A stretch of 34,968 bases of DNA from Octopus bimaculoides (taxonomy: Eukaryota): positions 63,259,810 through 63,294,777 of the forward strand of contig NC_068982.1 of assembly GCF_001194135.2 (NCBI RefSeq). The letters are read 5' to 3'. How positions within the stretch are numbered: the stretch's first letter is position 1; every line of letters starts with the position of its first letter. The position numbers were made by a program, and so were the translations under genes. Below, piece after piece: positions 24,577 through 34,934 of this stretch. Under the pieces are notes generated by a model, which saw nothing but the letters and a program-made list of their open reading frames with translations, was not told where the DNA came from and searched no databases.

Positions 24577-25617
24577 TCCTACATAACAATGGTATTAGTA
24601 ATTACACTTAAAGCTAGACTGCAAGTTTATAACGACATTAATAAAGAAGCCAGTATCATCACGGCTAGGTTAAAATTAGATTTTTTTTAAATAGTGATCG
24701 TTCCTATCTACAAGATAAGTTTTGATAATATAGAAAGTTTTTGTTTATTAGATGCTGCTATGATAGGCTCAAAGTTGGTCGTGGGTGAGTAGGATAGCCT
24801 TAAGGTAGATCTATTAAAAATAGAGTAATATTTATGTTGACAAAGGAAGTTGGAGTCAAGTATATTAAAAAAGGATTTAGCTAAGCTCTTAATATTTAGT
24901 GAGAAGGAAGGTGTACACCATAGAATAGAGCGTCTACCGCTTTTGTTTTTAGTTGCTTAAGAGTAGTGTTATCTATATTTTTAGAAATTAGAGGCGGGTA
25001 ATAGACCGGCTTTCTAATGTGCCCTACATATTTCAAACTACGTACACACCTTGTTGTTAGCTGTTTTAGTTTTTGACTTAGTGTTATATGTGTGCGTGTC
25101 GGGTCTAAGTTGTCTTAATCTGGGTTCTCCCGGGGTTCTAGTATTGTGTATGTGTGGTCTGTTGTGATTCTGGTGGTTGGCATGTCGTTGTGATATTATT
25201 TGAGATACATGTTGCTTAAGCCTAGTATTAGAGATGTATTTTATTTGTTGGGGGAAGCCATTGGCAGCGAGCGCTTTGTTGTAATATGGGGCGTGGTTAT
25301 TGAATATTTCCTCAGTGGATGAGAGGTCAGATATACGAATTGAGATACCCGTAACTATATATTCAAAGGTGGACTTGTGGTGATTAGAATTAATGTCTGT
25401 AGTGGTTAGGTTCATGATATGGAGAGTACTGGAAGGTTTCTAAGTTTAAAGTTACATCTAGAAAATTTGTGTGGCTTTGTGAGAAGTTTCAAAAGTAACA
25501 GATAGATTGAGGCTAGAGAAAAAAATGTGTAGATCTTTCCTAGTTCTTTCTAAAAGAGGCTTCATCTCTGCAGAGATCTCCCTTGATGTTAAGGAACATA
25601 TATTTTCCTACTAGTTC
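24577..25617 (-). pseudogene. Decayed Penelope-like retroelement (RT C-terminal half, linker and probable start of GIY-YIG)
   Basis: Minus-strand motifs in order: ELVGKYMFLNIKGDLCRDEA (25617-25558; cf. ELVG.Y...GLYRDDG); LERTRKDL; NFLDVTLNL (25467-25441); SNHHKSTFEYIVTGISIRISDLSSTEEIFNNHAPYYNKAL (ORF 25415-25038); RRSILWCTPSFSLNIK (about 24936-24885); IFNRSTLRLSYS (24821-24786); NVV...YVG (24639-24577, GIY-YIG-like, tentative). Confidence 0.88.
25002..25051. repeat. Copy 2 of the exact 50-bp direct repeat, inside the Penelope linker
   Basis: Identical to 23576-23625. Confidence 0.98.
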
Positions 25618-26354
25618 TCCTCTCAGAATTAGGTGTTAAGGCAGTTGTTTGTATTATAATTAATATTAAAACGAGATGTTATCTTAACAGTATTATCAGA
25701 GTCAGAATTACTTTTATTTAAAGAATCGAAATCTAGTTCAGGCAAACTATCATTAGAGTTAATTTCACTATTCACACTATCTATTCTACTCTTGTTTACA
25801 GATCTTAAAGTTGATTTTAATTATAGTGTAGCATGATACGAGAGATCCTGGCATAGAAAGTTAGTAATCTTCAAGCATGTACGCAGATAGTATAGATGGC
25901 AAAAGTTTAACAATATATTATAAAGAGAGATTGATACCCATCGTAATTTATACACGTCGTCGTATATCGAAGACAATGGAATTTTCGATAAGCTGACAGT
26001 TATTAATACAACTCAAGCTTTAGCAACTAAAACTACTAAATATGTGAATGAAAATCTGGGAATTTCATAGCCAAAAGGTATTTGTTATAAAAATATAACC
26101 CGTTTAGATAATCCTCAGGCCCGATTACCTTCCAGTTGTTTACATCGCCGCGTGGAGATAAGTAAATGATTAACAAGTGTAGTCACAGCAGAAATGTTAA
26201 GTTGGAAAAAAAATCAAATGTAAACAACACGAAGGTAATGCGACCTGGTTCTGTGTGTCCTACAAGTTATGCAGCAAATATTGTGTAGCAAGAAACATAT
26301 GTGGTTTTTATTTACCTTTTCCACTCTTTAATTTCTCGGATATTTATATCATTC

Positions 26355-26469
26355 TTATGTAAGGATGTTGCTGATAGTGACTTCGAAGTGTCGGTAAGTT
26401 AAGCCATCGTCGGACGATGGCTTAGTTGGCCGATACTTTGAAGTCACTGTCAACGACATTCTTGTATAA
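26355..26469 (+). other. 56-bp ungapped inverted repeat with 3-nt loop; candidate hairpin RNA or palindromic element
   Basis: Pairing i with 52824-i gives 44 Watson-Crick pairs, 10 G:U pairs and 2 mismatches on the + strand. The inverted repeat is certain; its function is not. Confidence 0.9.
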
Positions 26470-27146
26470 CAGTAATAAATTTACATTCTACAGAAGTAAA
26501 CCATCAGCTTAATGTAAAATCGCTTTTAATATAACTGAATATAAAAACAAGTATTAATGTGTGTGTGTGTGTGTGTGTGTGCGTGTGTGTGTGTGTGCGT
26601 GTGTGTGTGTGTGTGCGTGTGTGTGCATAGAGATGTCTGTATACATTATGAGGTGGTTGCATGTACAGGGTTGGACAAAATAATGGAAACACCTAGCATC
26701 ATAGCATTATAATTGAAATATCTATAAAACTGCTAAAAGTTTGTTTATTTTTGTTTTTTGATTTATTATTAGTGTTGCTTAATACGTGTTGCTAAAAGTG
26801 ATGTTTCTGTTCGGATATCATCAGAAAAAGGTAATTAAAATTCATTAAAATGACAGATCAATCGGACTTTCAAAAGGGTCAAATTGTCGGTGCTCGTAAG
26901 CAAGATGCTAGCGTAACGAAAACTGGCGAAATGTTTGGTGTATCAAGAAGTACTGTCTCAAAAGTAATGACAACCTTTGAGAAAGAGGGAAAAACTTCCT
27001 CGTCAAAACAAAACTTCGGAAGAAAACCAAAACTTTCTGATAGGGACGTCGGACTCTTAGGCAAATTGTTAGAAAGGATCACAAAAGTACAACTCCCAAA
27101 ATTACTGCAGAGCTTAATGTCCACCTCGAGAACCCAGTTTCTACAA

Positions 27147-27159
27147 AGATCGGAAGAGC
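27147..27159 (+). other. Illumina adapter read-through (AGATCGGAAGAGC) at the contig end
   Basis: Exact 13-mer of the universal TruSeq adapter start, immediately before the N gap, interrupting the transposase reading frame. Confidence 0.93.
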
Positions 27160-27598
27160 NNNNNNNNNNNNNNNNNNNNNNNNNNNNNNNNNNNNNNNNN
27201 NNNNNNNNNNNNNNNNNNNNNNNNNNNNNNNNNNNNNNNNNNNNNNNNNNNNNNNNNNNNNNNNNNNNNNNNNNNNNNNNNNNNNNNNNNNNNNNNNNNN
27301 NNNNNNNNNNNNNNNNNNNNNNNNNNNNNNNNNNNNNNNNNNNNNNNNNNNNNNNNNNNNNNNNNNNNNNNNNNNNNNNNNNNNNNNNNNNNNNNNNNNN
27401 NNNNNNNNNNNNNNNNNNNNNNNNNNNNNNNNNNNNNNNNNNNNNNNNNNNNNNNNNNNNNNNNNNNNNNNNNNNNNNNNNNNNNNNNNNNNNNNNNNNN
27501 NNNNNNNNNNNNNNNNNNNNNNNNNNNNNNNNNNNNNNNNNNNNNNNNNNNNNNNNNNNNNNNNNNNNNNNNNNNNNNNNNNNNNNNNNNNNNNNNNN
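27160..27598. other. Assembly gap (439 N) inside the Tc1 element
   Basis: N run. It would contain the first catalytic Asp (WSDE motif). Confidence 1.
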
Positions 27599-28988
27599 GC
27601 AAATCCGCCGGCCCACTGGTTTCCCTTCACGGCATAATTAATAGTCAAGACTATTTAAGCATTTTATCTGATCAAATTTATCCTATGGTTGCGAAACTGT
27701 TTCCGGAGAGAAACGCAGTCTTTCAGGATGATAATACACCAATTCACAGAGCTAAAGTTGTTACTGAATGGCACGAGGAACATTCTAGTGAAATTGAGCA
27801 TCTTATCTGGCCACCACAGTTCCCAGATCTCAATATTATTGAACATTTATAATGCATTTTAGAAAAACAAGTAAGGAGTCGATATCCTCCACCATCATCA
27901 CTCCAAAAACTGGAGACTGTTTTAGTTGAAGGATGGACAAAAATTCCTCTAGAAACAATTCAAACTTGTACGAATCCACACGTCGTAGAATTCAAGCTGT
28001 AATTACTGCCAAAAGCGGTCCTACCCCATATTAAAATAAATTCGTTTGAAATTTTAAGGTGTTTCCATTATTTTGTCCAAACCCTCTATGTATTTGTATG
28101 ATATCCTCGATCAATCAATCAACGTGACAATTCTCTCAAGAATTCGTTATATTTGAAATTATGTATATATGATGGTTTGCCCAGATTTCGACTGTTGAGT
28201 TGCTGTAGTTTTATGTGTAGTCTTAGTATCTTAGGTTAAAACAGTCAAACTGTTGTAATCCTCATTTAATATCCACTGGTTATACAACTTGAAACTACAT
28301 TTAGCTGTTATTGAAATATGTTTTAAATTAATGTAAACATTTTCCAATTTTGCAGCGTTTGAAATAGAATTTTGTATCAAATTATAAGAGAATGAAAGGA
28401 AGAGGATGATATTTGGCAGTATTGTGTAATATTTATAAGCAGTTATATTAATCATTAATAATATTAGAGAACATTCTATTTAAACAGTCTGGCAGCGGAA
28501 TTTGCTTACAAAAACACTTTTCCAGATTTAAATTTAATTACATATAGTGAAATGTATTCAAGATATTAAAAAGTGCAAGAAATAGAAAACTATTAAACGA
28601 TAGCTTTTAAAAACGGAACAAAACTCATAATTTCAAGAAATATTGTAACAGCTTGTTTGCTTAAATTGCAGTCGAAATCAGGTAATTGGCGGGATGCATT
28701 GTACTTAAAACTTATTCAAGAACATTTAATTTAAATACACGTGTGTCTATTTAATATAGATTAGAAAAAATGGTACGGAAAGACTCAGTTATATTAAATT
28801 AAGAAATTTAAATTTTAACTATTGGACAAAACTTTTATTTAACGCTTTCCACGGCAATACAAGACGAATATTATGAGTGCATTCCGTCTAAATGCAACGA
28901 TTTTGCATTTACTTCCATTCGAGAAATGTAGATACACACACACAAACATACATATATCAATGTATGTGCGAATATACAGTTGAATTTT

Positions 28989-29176
28989 AAATTTTGGCAC
29001 AATGCAATTTAGGGATAGGGGCAAGTCGATTTCATCGACCCCAGCACTCAATTAAGACTTCTTTTATCGACGCCGAAAGGGTGAGAGACAAAGTGAAACT
29101 CAGCAGAATTTGAACTCAGACTGTAAAGACAGACGATATGCCACTAAGCTCGGCATATTAACGATTCTGCTAGCTT

Positions 29177-29178
<2 letters not shown>
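28989..29178 (-). mobile_element. Family A SINE on the minus strand
   Basis: The reverse complement reads gcaagctagcagaatcgttaa...gagttcaaattctgc...cctttcggcgtcgataaaa...ctggggtcgatgaaatcgacttgcccc...tgtgccaaaattt, matching 16900-17295. Confidence 0.88.
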
Positions 29179-29275
<97 letters not shown>

Positions 29276-29325
29276 TACACATACACACACACACACGCAC
29301 GCACACACACGCATACACGCACGTA
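29178..29325. repeat. Long (AC)n microsatellite
   Basis: About 40 pure AC units plus an interrupted tail. Confidence 0.98.
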
Positions 29326-30828
29326 TATGTGTATACGTGTTTTCGGACGATTGTAGTTCCTGTCTCTATATATGTATATAGTTCCGTGCTTTAACTAGAG
29401 CATTGCAGCATTTTAGCACCTATTTCTTGCAATGTGTTCCTAACACCCTAGTCATATTTAATGACATTTATAGTTTTCCTTTTTGGTAAAACATTGCAAA
29501 CCGCTGTCTATTTTAATTTTATGAACACGCATCAGCGATTCGCTAAATCATCCATAGTCCGAAATCTACCGAAGTCGAGCGAATCCTTACTGATGAGGCA
29601 ACTGAAATTGAAGAAACCGAATTTATTGTAGGGAATTCTCGAACAGTGTTTTCGGGCGATTGTTGTCCCTGTCTGTAAATATGCATACAATTATGTGCTT
29701 TGTGTTATACTTCTCTTGCTTACTTACAATGAATAGAGTAATAATCCAGATAAGCGTGTTGTCTGTGGTTCAATATACTTCTCTCGTTTACTCGCAAAGA
29801 AGAAAACACAGGGCTACTCCAGATAGGTGTAAAGTCTGTTTACTCCAACTGTAAGACACAAGACTGTGCGTGCGTGCGTGCGTGCGTGCGTGCGTTCGTG
29901 CGTAGGTTCATATTGCAGATATTTAGTATTTTATTTACTTGAGATGTTTAATGGTTTGAATGACTTTTTCATAGCAGAGTTCGGCCTTTGGTTTTAGGTA
30001 TTATCCAAACACGAATAATTTTACTATTTCTACGTATGTTTAATTTTATGCGATTGATTAATCTAGTTGAAAAATTTTTTGTTAAGATCTGCATCATCCT
30101 AAGTGTAAATAAGAGAGTCTAGATTTCAGGGGTTCTAAGTTATTTGTTAATCTCATTTAAATACTCAGTGCCAGTTTTGGTACGCACTCATTATTTAGAG
30201 GTTACGCGTTATTTTCCTTTTTTTTTTTTTCTGTTTCCCTAATTTAACTGATCAGTTTCTTTCACTTTAACTGTATATGCTTTGATTGTTGAATATTATT
30301 CATTTGTGAAAACAACATAATCACTCTGATAATAGCGAAAAGGTCATCTTCGAAACTTGAAAGTAGTGATTTCCTGGAGGACATCTCTTATATTCAAAAC
30401 TAAATTTACTATTTACTTAAACTTGTTTATTTAATTAATATCTTTTTGAATTTTCGTAGTACACACACTAGAATATTCTTTCTTTTATTCATTCTTTCTG
30501 TCATAAATAGATACTAAATAAATATGCAAATAAAGTATAATGATGGACAATGTTATCATTACTCTAAGTAGTTTTACTGATTTTCTTAAAAAAAATTACC
30601 TGACAGTGAAGTTCTATTTGTACGAATGCTATATATTCTTTTGTTGTTTTCAAATATTATTCGTTCAAATAAGTTGACGCTTTTTTCATCTATTTTAACA
30701 TAATGATAGTATGATTAAGCGACTAAACAATTTGTTAGATATAAATTTGTCTAAGTTTCATACCCTCTATGTACTTAACTGTTTGTCTATTTTTTCTATA
30801 TTTTCATGTATAGATATAAATATATATA

Positions 30829-31326
30829 NNNNNNNNNNNNNNNNNNNNNNNNNNNNNNNNNNNNNNNNNNNNNNNNNNNNNNNNNNNNNNNNNNNNNNNN
30901 NNNNNNNNNNNNNNNNNNNNNNNNNNNNNNNNNNNNNNNNNNNNNNNNNNNNNNNNNNNNNNNNNNNNNNNNNNNNNNNNNNNNNNNNNNNNNNNNNNNN
31001 NNNNNNNNNNNNNNNNNNNNNNNNNNNNNNNNNNNNNNNNNNNNNNNNNNNNNNNNNNNNNNNNNNNNNNNNNNNNNNNNNNNNNNNNNNNNNNNNNNNN
31101 NNNNNNNNNNNNNNNNNNNNNNNNNNNNNNNNNNNNNNNNNNNNNNNNNNNNNNNNNNNNNNNNNNNNNNNNNNNNNNNNNNNNNNNNNNNNNNNNNNNN
31201 NNNNNNNNNNNNNNNNNNNNNNNNNNNNNNNNNNNNNNNNNNNNNNNNNNNNNNNNNNNNNNNNNNNNNNNNNNNNNNNNNNNNNNNNNNNNNNNNNNNN
31301 NNNNNNNNNNNNNNNNNNNNNNNNNN
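30829..31326. other. Assembly gap (498 N)
   Basis: N run near (AT)n on both sides. Confidence 1.
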
Positions 31327-31627
31327 TGTGTAATATATATATATATATATATAAAGTTAGTAAACCAAATATGTTGTAGTACAGAAGAACATGAAGAGAG
31401 AAACATGAAAATTTATTTAAATTTACACACACACGCCCTTGCATACATACACTCACACACCCACATACACACAGACACGCACATTTAATCGGTTTCACAA
31501 TTGATTGTCATATGTGTATGTTATACGGGACTATGTTGCAAACTGTATCTCATCTGCACATAGTCCTGATATTCGTTTGTTTGTTTCAGATAATGCTTTT
31601 TACATCACTATCAGTTAACGCACATGT

Positions 31628-32153
31628 TGATTGGTTGAGGATGCTCACGTGGTCAGGTCAGGGAATTTTCGTTCAGTTTTAATGGATGTTGTGAAAATCT
31701 AGAAACAAATAATTACTTTTTATTCATTTTCAGCAATTTTCCTCTCGTAAGGGTTATGCACTCCAAGTACTTTATAGCTTAAAAGTAACATTTCTTTTTC
31801 AGCCGTTTTGACTAAACTTTGGTCAGATAAACCGAACCATTCACAAAATCAGTAACTATGACAAAAAATTGATACGCCTTGCCTAAATAAGATAATAACA
31901 CTATGTACAGCCACTGAGTACAACCAAAAGGTTAAAACAGCTCTAAATTTGCACGCCACTTCCAGTTGATATGTCATATGACAGATCAATAGGTTCATAG
32001 CTATTGATCTGTCATTTGACATATCTACTGGACGAAAGTTTTGACGTGACCTTCCCGCATGGTTATCACATGACCTGAGCATAGATAGCTACGGAAAACT
32101 TATCAAACATTTCCTTAGCAGAAATTCCCCACGTGACCATCCTCAACCAATTA
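31628..32153. repeat. Segment bounded by imperfect inverted repeats (about 32 bp) - possible non-autonomous DNA transposon
   Basis: Left 31628-31668 tgattggttgaggatgctcacgtgg[tcaggtcag]ggaattt versus the reverse complement of 32122-32153 taattggttgaggatggtcacgtggggaattt (2 substitutions, one 9-bp indel). Confidence 0.65.
31961..32032. other. 32-bp stem / 8-nt loop hairpin
   Basis: tccagttgatatgtcatatgacagatcaatag-gttcatag-ctattgatctgtcatttgacatatctactgga; 30/32 Watson-Crick pairs and 2 T:T mismatches. Confidence 0.92.
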
Positions 32154-32895
32154 ATCTGCACGTCATCTTATCTTCCACTGCGACTTTATCAAGAAATCTC
32201 AAACTTCCCCGATCGCAATCACCAAATGGCCTGAAGAGATGCGCATAGTGCGAATATGTGTGTGTGTGTGTGTTTGTGTGAGTGTGTGTGTGTGTGTGCG
32301 TGCGTGTGTGTGTGTTTGTGTGCATGTGTGTGGGGGGTTGTGTGTGTGTGCGTATGTGTGTACTTGAAAATGGTTTCTTGGTGTTAAGGCGTGTATTAGT
32401 CTGTTGCTGTCACTCAGTTATGATACCATCAGTTATTTTTTTATAGTCATGGGCCCATGTGCTGCGGACTGAATGTTAACGGGATCGTAGCACCGCTTTC
32501 AGAGCAGACTGCAGTTTGATGTATTTAACGACCGTGGTAGGAAAAGCAAGATCAGCGACGTTCTTTCTATTGATTGGCACTTAAAGTTAGTAGAATATTC
32601 TTAAGGTTGGTAGAGCATGCAGTTTCTTTCGGACAAAGAGATGACAATCAGTAGTTCCAGTTGAATAAGGAGGGATCCTTTCGAGGATATTTTATTTGTT
32701 ATATTGTGAAAGGAATACCAATGTTTCAGAGACTCCAGAGGAAGCGCAAAACAGAGACGGAGTTTTCTCTATCCCTGCACGTAAAGAAGTGTATGATCCA
32801 TGCGTTGTGTGTATCATCTCTTAAAGTTGTTGATTACTTCGCCGAAATTACTTCAATCATGACATTCAAAGGAATTACTTAATGAATATACATAC

Positions 32896-33340
32896 AGCGC
32901 CGGCGTGGTTGTTTGGTAAAAATTTTGTTTCTCAACATCATGGTTTGGGATTCAGTCCCACTGCATAGCGCCTTGGGCAAGATATCTTCTGCTGTAACCT
33001 CGAGTCGACCAAAACTTTGGGAGTGGATTTGGTAGACGGAAACTAAAAGAAGACCATCGTATACCTGTATATATATATATATATATATATGCGTGTGTGT
33101 ATTCGTGTCAGTGTTTGTCCATACATCCACCCCACTACTGCTTGATAACCAGTTTTGGTGTGTTTACATCCCGTAGCCTAGCGATTAGGCAAAAATGTAC
33201 GATAGAATAAGTACCACGCTTGAAAAAGAGAGAAGTATTAGGGTCGATACATTCCACAAAAATTCTTCAAGGCAGTGCCCCAGCATGGCCGCAGTGTAAT
33301 GACTGCAACAAGTAAAGTATAAAAGGTAACAGATAAAAGA
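32896..33340 (+). mobile_element. Family B CORE-type SINE, older near-full-length copy
   Basis: Collinear with 19167-19595: tggttgtttggtaa, gggattcagtccc, ccttgggcaag, gtggatttggtagacggaaact, internal (TA)n, gatagaataagtac, cagcatggccgcagt. Confidence 0.9.
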
Positions 33341-34053
33341 CTTAGGTGTATAGATAAATACACACACACACACACACCACACAAACACACACATACACAC
33401 ACACACACACACACATATGTATGTGTGCTTGAGTATGTAACAATGTCACGGTATTCGATATCGATTTTCTTTTTTTCCACTTATATTATCAATCCTTAAT
33501 TTTCAGTCTTCCCACTGCATCATATCAAACCCTTTTTGCTAGGAGTGTTTTGCCTGTTTTCCCTTGTATTATTTCATCCTTCATGACCCTGTCTCTTTCG
33601 CCGCCTTCTTTTCTATATCACCAGCATTGTATCTCTTTTTTTTAAATTCTTCATCTTTCCCTATCTTTGACAGCATATCTATGTATTTACATCATCCTGA
33701 TTTATTCGTTAAAGACGAGGTGAAGCTTCGCCTAAATATACAACGAGACATTACATATTACTAGTCATAAATTAATAATCCTACAGCAACTTACATCGAT
33801 CGCAAAAATAGAAATTTTCCATTACAAAGCTTTCGGCGCATATGGTTTTTGTCCTGGTTTATGTTACTAGACAATATATTTACTGCTCTAACCTAATCTC
33901 TTACTTCTTGAGACAAAGATAAATATTGGGATAATAATCGTATAAATATATACCAAGACATGTAAGATTACATCATATATTTACTTCTATGGCATATAAA
34001 TCTTTTTACTCTCTCCTTTCTCTCTCTATCTCTACCCCCACCTTTTGTATGTA

Positions 34054-34100
<47 letters not shown>

Positions 34101-34397
34101 NNNNNNNNNNNNNNNNNNNNNNNNNNNNNNNNNNNNNNNNNNNNNNNNNNNNNNNNNNNNNNNNNNNNNNNNNNNNNNNNNNNNNNNNNNNNNNNNNNNN
34201 NNNNNNNNNNNNNNNNNNNNNNNNNNNNNNNNNNNNNNNNNNNNNNNNNNNNNNNNNNNNNNNNNNNNNNNNNNNNNNNNNNNNNNNNNNNNNNNNNNNN
34301 NNNNNNNNNNNNNNNNNNNNNNNNNNNNNNNNNNNNNNNNNNNNNNNNNNNNNNNNNNNNNNNNNNNNNNNNNNNNNNNNNNNNNNNNNNNNNNNNN
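34101..34397. other. Assembly gap (297 N)
   Basis: N run flanked by (AT)n. Confidence 1.
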
Positions 34398-34520
34398 TAT
34401 ATATACTTTTATAAACGTAAATATATATATATATATACTTTCAAATACACATACACATATATATCCAAGTGTGTGCATATGTGTGTGTGTTTGTGTGTGC
34501 GTGTGTGTGCGGGGTGGGGG

Positions 34521-34671
34521 TGTATATGAGGGACTTTTCCCAGTTTCTGCTTGCTAAATCCACTCTGAAAGCTTTGGTCACCCGAGTCTACAGAAGATGA
34601 CACTTGCCCAAGTGTGACATACCGGAATCATGTGTTGGGAAGCAAATCTCTTACCATACAACAACGTCTGC
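34521..34671 (-). mobile_element. 5' half of a family B CORE-type SINE (minus strand)
   Basis: The reverse complement reads gttgttgtatggtaagag...cacttgggcaagtgtcatct...gggtgaccaaagctt...gtggattt...gaaactggga and then runs into (CA)/(TA) repeats. Confidence 0.8.
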
Positions 34672-34930
34672 AAATCATATTTGTAATATCCTACAGATGG
34701 GCAATGCAACAGCTAAAGCATGAGTTATGTTCAAACTAACGTAGTAATGTATCAAAGAATTTATGAATTTCCATCCAAAATTTCTAGTTATTGCTTTATT
34801 CATTCAATGCTAAGCGGCACCAGCCTAATAGACTTCCCATAATGTGATAGCCGGAAGATATAGCAATATAGCATAGGGGCTTTTTCTGAGTGCACTCAAA
34901 ACGTTTCATATATACGAACATAAAGGATAC

Positions 34931-34934
<4 letters not shown>

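Larger units (their letters stand above)
26850..28034 (+). pseudogene. Disrupted Tc1-type transposase (middle lies in an assembly gap)
   Basis: N-terminal paired-like HTH MTDQSDFQKGQIVGAR...GVSRSTVSKV...GRKPKLSDRD; 1-bp frameshift at about 27046, then RRTLRQIVRKDH...ELNVHLENPVST. After the gap: SAGPLVSLHG...VFQDDNTPIH...WPPQFPDLNIIEHL* (TAA at 27850-27852 in place of Trp), a frameshift at about 27963, then LYESTRRRIQAVITAKSGPTPY* (stop 28032-28034). Confidence 0.95.
26666..28086 (+). mobile_element. Tc1/mariner DNA transposon, DD36E (Incomer-like), with TIRs and TA TSD
   Basis: Left TIR cagggttggacaaaataatggaaacacct (26666-26694). Right TIR aggtgtttccattattttgtccaaaccctc (28057-28086; one extra A and a terminal substitution). 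TA at 26664-26665 and 28087-28088. Confidence 0.96.

Noticed and set aside
29547-29678. Short acidic open frame (KSTEVERILTDEATEIEETEFIVG) containing CTGATGA
   Set aside because: No recognisable family, weak splice signals, and no GAAA or stem II completing a hammerhead.
32129-32151. ER-stress element (CCAAT-N9-CCACG)
   Set aside because: The order and spacing are wrong (CCACG-N13-CCAAT).
33673-33724. Candidate 46-bp exon (polypyrimidine-CAG ... GAG|GTGAAG)
   Set aside because: The donor is weak, the peptide is uninformative, and such signals are common by chance in AT-rich DNA.
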